From positions 29,104,342 through 29,168,341 of the forward strand of contig NC_068994.1 in NCBI RefSeq assembly GCF_001194135.2: a stretch of 64,000 bases of DNA, read 5' to 3'. Under the pieces are notes generated by a model. It was not told where the DNA came from. It searched no databases and saw only the letters and a list, made by a program, of their open reading frames with translations. Source of the stretch: Octopus bimaculoides (lineage: Eukaryota). Shown here piece by piece: positions 23,774-36,504 of the stretch. Position numbers and translations under genes: made by a program. Position 1 is the stretch's first letter, and the number at the start of each line of letters is the position of its first letter.

Positions 23774-26700
23774 GTCACCACTTTATCAAACATTTATAGG
23801 AATTCTGGCAGATTAAACTACCAGATGACTGAATGGACGAATATAATTATATACACTGAGAAACCATATAATCATACTCCCAATGTCTTTCCCCGGTTTA
23901 AGCTTACTATGAAATTTTATCTTTCTCTATAGTCTCTTCCATTATAGTCTCTATACCATCAACGGCTTCCATATAGTCTCTATACCATCAACGGCTGCTA
24001 ACTCATTAAATCATACAAGAATGCATTAATTGTAACTTCATTCGATGAACTTTTCCATAATCATTACTCTACAGTGGTTTATTTAAAATCTACCCAATGT
24101 ATTTAATAAGTACTTCATCTTTATCATTTTGTACCAACTTATTTTTAGCAATCAATATTATGTATTGGTTTATACCATATTGATTTACTGATATTTATTC
24201 AGTACCATCATGCAATATCAGTAATTCTGAATGTCATTGAAAATAATATTTCAAGCAAGTGGCTCATATTCTCATGAAACGGTCATGTTTTATTGTATGA
24301 TGATTATTCAATATTCCATCTTATAAAACATTGTATAATGATTTTTAGTCACTAAAAAACTGTCTCATTATGTGTGTGTGTGTGTGTGTTTGTGTGAGTG
24401 TGTAATACATTAAAAAATTTTATGTTAATACTCTTATATACAAAGGGAAAAGTTTTGTTGCTGTCTTTGTCCACCCTGTTACTTGTGTTTTTGGTGTACC
24501 CTATCAGTTGATGACTGTTTGACCCTGTTTCAATTTCAGTTGCATTATATAATTTGTACCTAGCCATGGACATAAAAAAAGGAGGGAGAACACTTGGAAC
24601 TTTTGAATTACACTGATATCTATGCCTCCCCTAGCATATGTTTCCCAAATCAAAATCCCAGAAAACTCAGTAACCTAAATCAAAAAGTATATTTAAGAAG
24701 ATTAATAAAGTTTGTCAATTAGTTATTATTAGTTGCGTTCATGCAATCTCTTGCAAGAAGCAAATCAATTCTATAAATGTTTCCCCAGTGCAGCATAGAA
24801 AGAGAGCTTGCAAGTTACAGTTATTATACTAACTATACAAATGCTTTTGAATATTGACGAGATTCTATAATCAGCACACACTATTGCTGTTTAAATATTC
24901 TTCTAAATTACCATCTCTGTAGTTCTGTTAACAGAAGTCTGAGGAATTTTTCAAAAATCAAACCCTAAAATAAGTTGACTTTCAGATTAAGTTATTCAAC
25001 CTTCAATATAATTTACTAAAAGGCTTAATCATTGGGTTGGAATATAAAAAAAACAAACTGAATCATCAAATTTCTGGTTGAGAAAATTCACAAATTGAAA
25101 ACAGTTGATACTGACAGCTTTTGAGGTTTTACACACCTTTAAGCATTGGTTGTTTGTTCACATGATATAAGGAAAGACATTACTCAAAAGAAACAATGAC
25201 TCACATCTGAGACTCTTAATGAATTCTTCTGTCCCAGAAAATTTTGTAATTATTTCTGAGTGAACTTTCTACAATGACACCTGAACTGCATTCATAAGCA
25301 CTTTGAGCACAACAGGCAGCATAGCTCACCATTACACAACTAATTATAGTGTCTGTTGATAAACATGTTAGACCCCCTCATAATTTCAGTCATTTATATA
25401 GAGATAAATATATTTGTGAATCATTCATAGCAGGAATTTTCTTCACTCATATATAAACCAAGTTTCTGGAAAACAAAACTCAAACTTTGATTTCAGTTAT
25501 AGATCAGGCTTGTACTTTTTGAAGTAGCTACGAAAGATTTTCAGACCTATGAAATACATTCCATTTTTGATGGGCACTACACTAACATACATACATACAT
25601 ACATACATTTCACGTCTACGTCCGTTTTCCATTCAGGCGGGGATGGGATGGGTCATATCTGCCCTCCTAGATAGGATGGGGGAACTACATTTCACTTGTA
25701 AGTTTCATTTTTGGCTTGGTTTCTATGGTTGGATGCTCTTCCTAACACCGACCACTTTACAGAGTATAGTGGGTTATATTTTATCGTAGCACCAGCATTA
25801 GAGAGGACAGTGTTGCGTGAGTGACGAATAGCAAAGTAAGAAGTGAATAAACGGTGGAAGTGAATGATGTATGCTGATTCCAAGAGGTCAGTGGGAGACA
25901 GGGAGAGTTTATTGGGTACATAAATGTCTGATGGAGTCTCTTAAACATATAGAAGATGGAGAAGAACCTAGGGTGATGAGGATGAGAGAGGAATCATAAG
26001 ATCATGGGGTTGATTCCTTGGATTGGTGACATGTTATGTTATTGAGCAAGACACATATCACATTGCTGCAGTCTACTCAGCTGAAAATTAGTTTCAGCTC
26101 AGTTCTGAGGAAACTCTCTCTCTCCCTCCAGCTGTCCCATCCTTGACGTTTGTCTGGGTCAAGGATGGAAGCACTGAAAGGGCGTCCATGTTTATTTGCA
26201 ACTACTTAGGTACCTAAAACATTTAACAGAAGTATGGTACATTCTACCAGGTCATACTTACTTGTGAGTGTTGGGCAAGTATGTATGTATGTATGTATGT
26301 ACTCTGGAGAAGGTCCAAATATTGGAAAATGGACAGGAAAACCTTGCTCTAAATAGTTTTTTGTGGAGGATAGCAGTGCAAGATAAGAAGAGGGAATTTG
26401 AGCAAAATCATATCGAGTAGATACAGCTCAAGCGAGATGATCGTAAGGGTCTTCATGTCAATTTGCCTGAATATATTGTAGTACAGGCCAAGTTAACATG
26501 TAACGAGTGTGGGCATGTATGTTTAAGTAAGGCAAGTATTAGAAGCCATTAGAAAATCCTCACCAACCACAGGAAAGTTGTTAACTATGAATCATATGAC
26601 ATCTCTACTTCAGGGAGTGTGAAAAAGAATGTATGTTAGAAGATGGACTGAAACAAGAGAGACACCCATCCATGTCACATCTTCACTGCTCATATTTAAG

Positions 26701-26982
26701 GGAACAATCAAATGACTGCATTACTTGAAATTGAGTTGCAGCCATTGCATATATGTATGTATGTATATATGTATGTGTGCGTGTGTATGCAGTCTTGTAT
26801 AGATACATACATACATATATATNNNNNNNNNNNNNNNNNNNNNNNNNNNNNNNNNNNNNNNNNNNNNNNNNNNNNNNNNNNNNNNNNNNNNNNNNNNNNN
26901 NNNNNNNNNNNNNNNNNNNNNNNNNNNNNNNNNNNNNNNNNNNNNNNNNNNNNNNNNNNNNNNNNNNNNNNNNNNNNNNNNN

Positions 26983-27022
<40 letters not shown>

Positions 27023-27033
27023 TTTCTAATGTA

Positions 27034-27066
<33 letters not shown>

Positions 27067-27072
<6 letters not shown>

Positions 27073-27963
27073 GTACATTCCAGAAATTTGGAGACTTTTT
27101 TAGGAGAGATAGTTAAGTTGTAGCTGTCCTAGGTTATTGTAATTTCGGTATATCATTACTATACATCTAATAAGCCAACCTGGTAACTTTTGTTATTTCA
27201 GCATGAAGGAGACAGCTGTAACACCATTTTGAACACATCTTACTAAACGCTGCTTGTCACAGCTGACTAGTTTGCAGAATGCAATCAGGACATTTGGAAG
27301 CTCACTATGCAATAAGGTTTTGTATTAAACTGGACAGAAACTTATGAAATGCCTGTGGATTTACTTTTTCGCTAGCACAAGAGGTTCAAGGTCAGTAGAG
27401 AGGTGAGCAGTAATGAGAGGTGTGAGAGGGAGATGGATGTCAGAACATCAGAGCTGGTTGAGAAAATATGCAAATTTCTGGATGCATACCGTCATGTGTC
27501 TATAAAAACAATAAGCTTACAGTTTGGAGTTGGTGTGACAACTATACACAGAATTATTCACGAAAGTCTGAGCATGCGCAAAATTTGTGCAAAGTTTTTT
27601 TCCCCAGGGTGCCCAGAGACAAGTACCTTTGTAACCAACTACTTGACAGAGATGGGAATCAAAACTATCCTTCCCCATCTCCCACAGTCAAGACCTTGCA
27701 CCCTGTGACTTTTACTTGTTCCCCAAGCCAAAGGACAATCTCAGGAACTGTTATTTTGAAGATGAAAGAATCTGTGACAAGAATCCAGGACACATTCACT
27801 TTGGTGGACTTTCATGGGGCCTTCATGAAATGGCTGAAGCACCGCAACAGGTGAATTGAAGTTAGTGGATCCTACTTTGAAGGAGACAGGAGTTTTGTAC
27901 TTCTTTGAAATTAATAAATGTCTCTTCTAAAAAAATCTCAACATTTCTGGAAAGCACCTTGTA
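27067..27963 (+). mobile_element. Internally deleted mariner
   Basis: Imperfect TIRs of about 45 bp (tatgaagtacattccagaaatttggagac / tctcaacatttctggaaagcaccttgta). The HTH part (RTSELVEKI...TIHRIIHESLSMRKICAKF) is joined directly to the C-terminal TNYLTEMGIKT...HPVTF (decayed HPPYSPDLAPCDF). The catalytic centre is missing. Confidence 0.8.
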
Positions 27964-29392
27964 TGTGTTAGTCAAAATGAATGCAATTTTAAAACTACTT
28001 TTACCTGGTAAATTGAATGCTATACATTTAGGTAGATGTCAAGTGTGCTTGGATTTCTTTCATTTTAATGTTTAATGTCTTTTTTTACTACAAAAATTGT
28101 TGATGTCTCGATAGTATCATCACAATGGTTCACAACTGTCACAGTAGCAATGCTTTCTTTTGAGAAGAATTTTCATTTTCACAACAATCCTTTCATTCAA
28201 AATCCCATAATGCATTTCATTAATCTGTCTCTCTTTCCTTCTCTCCCCTCTCTCTCCTTTGCCTTCTCTCACCTCTCTCTCCTTTGCCTTCTCTCACCTC
28301 TCTCTGTTTCTCTTTTTTTTTGTCATGCTTGAAGTTTAAAAGATTCTGTGGAAAAGCTGAAGAACTGAACTTGATGACCTTTGTTGAAAGATGTTAGGCT
28401 TTCTGTTGTCAAGGAATCATTAGAATATTTGGCTACAGAGAAAAAAAAAAAAAATCCCATTGGACATGCAAGCAAGCAATCGCTTCAAGTCCACTTGATA
28501 CAGAGCATTGATCACGGTTTGAAAACGAAATGTTTTAAGCCTTTTGCATAGAGTTCCATATGCAAAAGTTAAAAGCACAAACATTGCTATAAAAGAAAGG
28601 AAAAAAAAAAGCTAAAACAAACAAATAAAATTGAAGTGACTGAAGAATTTATCGAGATGAAGTCGACAATGTTGTTCTTAGTTTAGAAATGTCTGTAGAA
28701 TGTACACCACATGTAAGAAAGTGACCTTATATGAACATCTATTGTAGAGTTATAAATCTTATTTTAAAGCTTTGTTTTAATGATGTATGTCTGGTTCACT
28801 GAATATTTACGTTGCTGTTTCAGTAAAGAAGCTACCAAATCTAGACTTGCAACCATTTTATTACACTAGTGTGTATTTGCATACTTTTTTTTTATAGATA
28901 CACCACCTAATTACACATACTCTCTCGCACACATTCTCTCATTCTCTCCCCTTCTTTCTATTGTGCTCACACTCATGGTCCCCACCCCACCCCATGGTTA
29001 AGAAGCTCAATTGCACCACAGAGTTTTGGTTTCAGTCCCACAATGTAGCAACTTGGGTAAGTCTCTTCTACTATAGCCCTTGTCTAACCAGTGCTTTGTG
29101 AGTGAATATAAGAGACAGAAACTGTGAGGAAGTCCGTGAGATGTACTTATATATACAGGGTTGGCCAAAAGTCATGCGACAGTAAATCAAAATTCCATAA
29201 ATACTATCTGTAATTCTGTATTGAGTCGAATGGAAAAATGTGTTGCTCAAGAAGGACTTCAATTTGAACAACGTTCATGATGTTTTGTTTCATATTGAGA
29301 TGCTTTTATTGAATTCATTCAGTTGTAAAACATAAATAAATCTTAGAATTAAATGGTTTTGATTTACTGTCAGGTGACTTTTGGTTAAAATT

Positions 29393-29464
<72 letters not shown>

Positions 29465-29508
29465 GGATGAATAAATGCATTTAACTCCATTTATTTACTT
29501 ATATATAT

Positions 29509-29866
29509 AGCACAGGCATGGCTGCGTGGTAAGAAGCTTGCTTCTCAACCACATGATCCCAAGTTCAGTCCCACTGCGTGGCATTTTGGACAAGTGTCTC
29601 CTACTATAGCCTCGGGCCAACCAAAGCCTTGTGAGTGGATTTGGTAGATGGAAACTGAAAGAAGTCTGTCGTGTATGTGTTTGTCCCCACCCCATGGCTT
29701 GACAACCAATAATGGTGTGTTTACGTCCCTGTAATTTAGCAGTTCGGCAAAAGAGAATGATAGAATAACTACAAAGTATAGAATTAGTACAAAGAATAAA
29801 CTTGGATGTATTTGTTCGACTAAAACCCCTTAAGGTTGTGATCCAGCTTAGCTGTAGTCAAATGAC
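29509..29866 (+). mobile_element. SINE family A, near full length
   Basis: Collinear with 10758-11165. Confidence 0.85.
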
Positions 29867-29875
29867 ACTCACTTT

Positions 29876-29953
29876 GTCTCTGATGATGGAATACCCAGTG
29901 TACGCGGACATGCTATCCTATCACTTGGGATATCCCAGAAACAGCTGTAAGAC
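29876..29953 (+). ncRNA. Hammerhead ribozyme motif (type I) at the 5' end of a Penelope-like element
   Basis: gtct-CTGATGA-tggaatacccagtg[...]cacttgggatatccca-GAAAC-agct-GTA-agac. Canonical core, 4-bp stem I, palindromic stem III. Confidence 0.75.
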
Positions 29954-31920
29954 TTCAAATTCACCAGTGTTCACTTATCCTCTCTCCTATGCTACTGGTT
30001 GTCTCTTTGATGTACATCATTGTCCTGTTGATGTACATTAGAGAGATAGACTGTAACTTCCACTTCCTAATCCAAAGTTCAACACTAGTCAATCAGAATG
30101 GAAAGCTATGTATGGCCTAGAAAATAACATAGTTATAAAAGTAGCTGATAAGGAAGTGCTTTAGTTACTATGAATATAGAAGAATACAAAATTGATGCAT
30201 TAACTCTATTTCAAACCACCATCTACTATAAAACAGTAAACATCAACCAACAGACAAAAACAATGTCTAAACTTAACACTTTTAAAAGCCAACACGGAAA
30301 AGGCTTAACTAATTTATCTTACAAACTTTAGTGCCCAAACCAGTTTTTTCTACAGACTTCCCAAAATCCACAAAAATAAAACAATTAATTATGCATGCAA
30401 AGAATCACCCAGTCTGCATAAGCATATCCTTTCTGAAGGATCTCAAATTAAGACCGATTGTGGCACATTCAGCCTGTGAAACTCACAAACTTATTAACTT
30501 CCTTGACATACTCTTAAAACTTTTCTTAAAATTTATACCAAGTTTCATAAGGGGGGAATCTAGACCTATTAAGCCATCTGAAAAAGTTAGCAGGGATGCC
30601 ATAATTGCCTCATTTGATGTAGTTAATCTTTATACTGGCATCCCACATGAGTACAGACTAGAGGAATTTCTGGACCGATTGATCAGCAATTCATCCACAG
30701 AGGGGTTAAAGTTCATCCTTCAGAACAACTTCTTCATTTCCGAGAAAAACACCTAACAACAAATATCTGGGACTGCGATGGGTACAAAAGTTGCTTCAAC
30801 ATACGTCAATTTAGTCATGGCTTATCTAGGATTCCAGATATATAATCAAGCCAAAATAAAGTATGTTATCAATTTCCAAAATTATCTGGTGAAAAACTGG
30901 AAACAGTACTTAGATGATTGCCTTTTTCTCAAGACATATAACCGAGATGAACTCTATGATTTTAAATTCCAACTCAATAGCATCAATAACAATATTTAGT
31001 TCACATGGAATTTAGCTATAATCAACTACCCTTCTTAGAAATTTTGAAACCAACGTCCACTACAAACCAACGGACTCTAAACAGTACCTACTATTTACTT
31101 CATGCTACCCAAAACATACCAAATCCAATTCTTCATTTAACCTAGCTAGAAGACTCCGAACAATTGTCTCCAATCCAGAAATTCAGGATAGAAGACTCCT
31201 TGAATTAAAACAGGCATTACTTGATAGAAAGTACCTGTTTACTCTAAAAGAGAATGGAACCGAATGCGCTAAAACAATAAACACTGAAGAATTATGAAAA
31301 GCCCAAAACAGTTCAGATACACCTGAAGCCCCATCCTTAATTGTCCCCCCCCGCCCCGAAAAATTCAGTTTTATCCATCAGGACATACCGTTATTGAGTC
31401 AAGACCCAAGAATGAAAAAGGCACACGAGTTCTACAAAATAACCAAATGCAAAGGACAAACAAAATCCCTAAAAACTTACCAAAACGAAATTACCAACTA
31501 TGGACTCAACTTCAATAGTTAAAAAGTGTGGATGATCTAATTGTGGAACTTGGGACAAACTTATAAGGGACACATAAATCTAAATCAGGACAAGTTTTTA
31601 CTGTGAAAACCATTTTATTTCTTCTTCAAAAAATTTTATATACGCCCGCAAATGCAACAGTTGCAGGGAAGACTGCATTGGACAAACTAAACTCACTTTA
31701 AGAATGAGATTAAATAATCATCGTCAACAAATATGTAATCCCAGGACCGCACAAACTCCACTTTGTGAACATCTGGATACATGCAGGAAAACCAAATCTC
31801 CTAAATTTCTTGCTTTCTCACTTTATCAATTCGCAGACATTACCCCAAATTAAAGAAGAATAAGTAAGGAAAGTTTGTTCATTAAAAATCACAAACAACT
31901 GATGAACAGGTTATAAAAAC
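29876..31920 (+). mobile_element. Penelope-like retroelement (RT plus GIY-YIG), decayed
   Basis: IVIKVADK, LRPIVA, ASFDVVNLYTGIP, GTAMGTKVASTYVNL, YLDD, HYKPTDSKQYL and FIYARKCNSCREDCIGQTKLTLRMRLNNHRQQ occur in successive broken frames. An HHR sits at the 5' terminal repeat. Confidence 0.9.
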
Positions 31921-32902
31921 ATTAGAAATACGCGATTTGCCTTTTCCTATTAATTTATTATTGTAGAATATCTACTTGCGCATATTCTTTAGGAAACCAA
32001 AATTCATGTAGCAGCTATCATATATCTTATTTACTTCACACCTTGTTAACAAAGGAAGGATATGCATTAACATGTTCAATAGGAATGAAACTAGTACTAA
32101 TTCATAACATTATTCTTCGACATATTAATGAACAATAATTATCTATAGTGCTTTTATGTAAACATTTATTATATCACTAATTCATATCTCTTCTATCGTA
32201 TGACATATTCAACGGAGAAAAGTTTTTATGTGACCTTCTTACGCGACTGTCACATGAACATTGACCAATCAATTTGTACATTGACGGATAGCATTCTGAG
32301 CCACATTCTTTCAGTAAAGACAAACAGTTTTTAAAGCAATGGTCAGAATAGACACAATTTGTGACATGGCTTATATTCTATCACTTTTGAATATCTAATG
32401 TGAAACCGGTCAAGTGTATTCCTATGTTTCAAAATATAATTAAATTCTAATTATTTCGTTTATACTCTCTGTGCTTTTTCAAATTCATTTCTTCTATTTC
32501 TTCACTCGTTTGGATTAACAACATTTTTTTCTATCTTGCATAATGGTATCGCAGTCACCTGGGTTACAGTTGGTAAGTGGCTCGAGCCATGGAGGTGGCT
32601 TTCTGACATCATCCTGTAAAAGTATTTTTAACCCAATGAATTATGGGCTGTTATTTATTCATGAGAAAAATTCTCGCTTTTGACAAAAAGTGTTAAGAGC
32701 ACGCCTTATACCAAATGGGCCAAACTCTAAACTGGTCTCTCCCCACTCTCTCTCTGTATGTGTGTGTGTATGTGTTCTGTTAAGGTAAGATCAACAAGAA
32801 AAGTATTCCATCCAGTGAGCAATAGACATCATTTAATGTAAACAGTATAAAAATATGAGCTTCTAATAGTTTCTACTTACTATCCACAGAGCCAAATTTA
32901 CA

Positions 32903-33992
32903 AAGTTCGATATTATAGATTTTTATCCCTCAATATTGAGATCACTGCTTGATAAGGCGACTGAGTTCACAAAATCATATGTTAATATAAACCACATAAA
33001 CCTGGACTTGTATCATGAACATAAGAAAAACAATTTTATTCAGTAAGGGCTTGGCATGGGTTAAAAAAATCAATACTGATGAATTGGCTGATGTATCAAT
33101 GGGAACGTATGACAGTGCGGGCATCTGCAATCTTGCTCTATACCTGGACGATGAGTTAGGAATATCTCACTCTCGATAGATTTAGGAAAAACCTCATTGA
33201 TGCATTTTGTCAATTAGGCTTCAAAATCACTGTTACTACTAATTTGTCAAAAGTCGATTTTTTAGATGTTTCCCTAGATCTGAATTCCCACAGCGGCTTC
33301 AAATGTAGACACATTACAATTTCAAATAAAAAAAAAACGAATCATAAAAATCGACCTAAAAACAGACATGGGGAAATAATATGGTTTGCTCCCCACTTCC
33401 ACCTAAATATTAAAACTAATGTAGACAAGAAATTCCTGTCTCTTTTAGACAAGCATTTCCCAGTAAACCATAAATACAGGAAGACTTGTAACAGATGCTC
33501 AATTAAAATATCATACAGCTGCTGCTCCAATACGAAGCGTCACTATGAGCTCATTCCCAATTTTAACTGTCGAAACCCTGAAGCTTGTTCACTTTACCAG
33601 GTATGTATGATAGACTCCATCACATATGATGCAGAAGTTACAGCAAAGCTTCAAGATGACCTCACCAAAAAGAAAAATTACATTGATTTATGTGATGGTG
33701 GTTTCAAAAGATGTTATGCAGACCACCTATCATCTTTCTGACACATCGACAAAAGTAAAGACACTTAATTGGCTAGCTATGTATGGGGTTTGAAGATCAA
33801 CTGCACACCACATACAATGAAGTGGAGAATCACAGAGAAATCCATATCATAGTAAATGGATCTAAGAAATGCAGCTTATGCGTAGCTGAAAGATCACACA
33901 TTCTCTTTACATCTAAGAATTTTATCGTGATACTGAATTCCAGATCAGAAATTTCCACAAATGCAAGCATATGGACAAATTTCTTTTGTTGA
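32903..33992 (+). mobile_element. Penelope-like element of probable Naiad type, decayed and internally deleted
   Basis: KFDIIDFYPSI, RKTILF...WVKK...DVSMGTYDSAGIC, LYLDDELG, FKITV..N.SKVDFLDVSLDL, IIWFAPHF...KTNVDKKFLSLLDKHFP, YIDLCDGGFKRCYADHLSSF, KKCSLCVAERSHI. Confidence 0.72.
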
Positions 33993-34159
33993 AATGGAGA
34001 ACACCATCCTCTAATGTCTACCTTGCATGCAGGCATGGGTTGGACAGTTTGACAAGTGCTGGCCAGGCAGGAGCCTGCATCAGACTTCTGTGTCTGTTTT
34101 GACAGGGTTTTTATAGCTGGGTACCTTTCCTAATACCAACTACCCAGCAGAGTGAACTA

Positions 34160-34201
<42 letters not shown>

Positions 34202-34563
34202 NNNNNNNNNNNNNNNNNNNNNNNNNNNNNNNNNNNNNNNNNNNNNNNNNNNNNNNNNNNNNNNNNNNNNNNNNNNNNNNNNNNNNNNNNNNNNNNNNNN
34301 NNNNNNNNNNNNNNNNNNNNNNNNNNNNNNNNNNNNNNNNNNNNNNNNNNNNNNNNNNNNNNNNNNNNNNNNNNNNNNNNNNNNNNNNNNNNNNNNNNNN
34401 NNNNNNNNNNNNNNNNNNNNNNNNNNNNNNNNNNNNNNNNNNNNNNNNNNNNNNNNNNNNNNNNNNNNNNNNNNNNNNNNNNNNNNNNNNNNNNNNNNNN
34501 NNNNNNNNNNNNNNNNNNNNNNNNNNNNNNNNNNNNNNNNNNNNNNNNNNNNNNNNNNNNNNN

Positions 34564-34770
34564 GTGAGGACATGATATGGATAGTATTATTGGACGCTCA
34601 GGAAAGGAAAGAGAGAGTGTATGACGTTTCGGGCGTAGCCCTTCGTCGGAAAGATGGAAAGTTCGGAGAATGGAAGAACGGAGAAAGAGGAAAATGGTAC
34701 CGATGCCCACGAGGTTACATTATGAAAAGACCGGAAGAGGAGGTGGTGGGGGAAAAGTTCTTTCTAAGAT
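34564..34770 (-). mobile_element. PLE 3' end / terminal repeat with an HHR-like motif
   Basis: Minus strand ttt-CCGACGA-A-GGGC[tac]GCCC-GAAAC-GTC at 34622-34655. Stem I is weak. Confidence 0.65.
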
Positions 34771-35004
34771 AGGAGAGTGAAAAAGGGAGATGAATATCTG
34801 TGCGTGTGCGAAAGTCTGCGAGTGTGTGTGTGAGGGAAAAAAAATCCAAGCAGCATCCTCTTGAAGCACATCTGCTTATTCCAGTCTTATAATTCAGTAT
34901 GTAGTTGTCATTGTCGTATTTGATGTGAGGTACATATTAGAGTTGGAAATTCTAGAAATATTGTATAACAAAACAGGAATCTGGAAAATGTTTTGGTATC
35001 ATTT

Positions 35005-35219
35005 ATTCACCATTACACATGTTTCAATTGCTAATAGGAATCACAAAATTGTACATGTTAGTTAAACATGTAAGAAATTTCTTATTCTTGAGACACAATC
35101 AAATAACATAATTTGATTATCTGTCTCAAGAATTTCTAATAGGAAATTACCTACATGTTTATTCAACATGTACAATTCTGTGATTCCTATTAGCAAATGA
35201 AACATGTATAATGGTGATT
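35005..35219. repeat. Long AT-rich palindrome (about 100-bp arms, 6-nt loop at 35105-35110)
   Basis: caccattacacatgtttcaattgctaataggaatcac...aatcaaat[aacata]atttgatt...gtgattcctattagcaaatgaaacatgtataatggtg. Confidence 0.85.
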
Positions 35220-35261
35220 AATATATACACACACATATATATATATGTGTGTATATATGTA

Positions 35262-35485
35262 TATGAGGGGGTGCTGAAAAGTTCCTGGCTTTGGGTACAA
35301 AAAAAATACAGCAAGATCAGTTAATTATGATTTCATCCAACATATTGCCCTCCCAGATGCATACACTTATTACAGTGATCCTTCAGTTTTTCTAAGCCCT
35401 GTAAAGGAACTCAGAAGGTTGAGCTTCCAACCAGGCCTTTTACGATATCCTTAAAGCCAGGAACTTTCAGTCCCTCCCACCTCAT
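35262..35485 (-). mobile_element. Mariner-derived MITE
   Basis: TIRs tatgagggggtgctgaaaagttcctggcttt / aaagccaggaactttcagtccctccc. The interior resembles the antisense of a mariner C-terminus. Confidence 0.7.
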
Positions 35486-35989
35486 GTGTATACACGCACA
35501 CACACATGTATAAACTTTCTATGCACACTTGCACACACATATTTTTATATCTCCATGACTACCAAAGGTAGATAAATGGAGGTTTTGGAACATTGCTTAA
35601 CAATTGGATTGTGTACATATACTGTTCTAATGCACTTAGGAAGGTGCAAAACTCACAATATTATATTTACTTTTTACCTTCTATAACTCAAAAGATTTAT
35701 ACATAAGTATATTGTTCTCATCTTCTACAAGCACCTATACAAAAAGATAGGGCTATTGGTTTCATGTTAACAATGAACGTAGTTTGTCAATTCATGAACA
35801 GGTCAAAATATTTCTGGTTGCAGAATTGCTAGCAAAATATGTTCCTTGTCAGCATGAAACTATTGGCTCCTAGCTTTCTGACTTATATTACATTATGAAA
35901 TTTATTAATTTATTCCCTAACTTCTGCTCTTATGTACTTCTTCTTTCTATTTGTTCAACATACATACATACATATGTGTTTATATTCTC

Positions 35990-36287
35990 TTTTTTACTTA
36001 CTTGTTTCAGTCATTTGACTGCGGCCATGCTGGAGCACTACCTTTAGTCGAGCAAATCGACCCCAGGACTTATTCTTTGTAAGCCTAGTACTTATTATAT
36101 TGGTCTCTTTTTCCGAACCACTAAGTTATGGGGATGTAAACATAGCACCATCGGTTGTCAAGCGATGTTGGGGGGGGGGACAAACACAGACACACACANN
36201 NNNNNNNNNNNNNNNNNNNNNNNNNNNNNNNNNNNNNNNNNNNNNNNNNNNNNNNNNNNNNNNNNNNNNNNNNNNNNNNNNNNNNNN

Positions 36288-36332
<45 letters not shown>

Positions 36333-36504
36333 TATACATATATATGACAGGGTTCTTTCAGTTTCCGTCTACTAAATCCACTCACAAGGCCTTGGTCGGC
36401 CCGAGGCTATAGCAGAAGACACTTGCCCAAGGTGCCACGCAGTGGGACTGAACCTGGAACTATGTGGTTGGTAAGCAAGCTATTTACCACACAGCCACGC
36501 CTGA
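35990..36504 (-). mobile_element. SINE family A, full length (spans a gap)
   Basis: Reverse complement is collinear with 10758-11165. Confidence 0.85.

Noticed and set aside
32170-32700. Cys-rich open stretch on the minus strand (CVYSDHCFKNCLSLLKECGSEC...)
   Set aside because: About 60 codons with no recognisable family and no clear splice boundaries. It needs a tBLASTn/HMM search before any call.
33739-33741. In-frame TGA in the Naiad-type endonuclease (some Naiads encode selenoproteins)
   Set aside because: It falls at a position that is normally basic (SF-R-H), so CGA-to-TGA decay explains it. The copy has other stops and frameshifts, and no SECIS was identified.
35175-35215. GAAACATGTA in the 35.0-kb palindrome as a hammerhead
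   Set aside because: The upstream core reads CTGTGA/TTGTGA, and no convincing stem I or II could be drawn.
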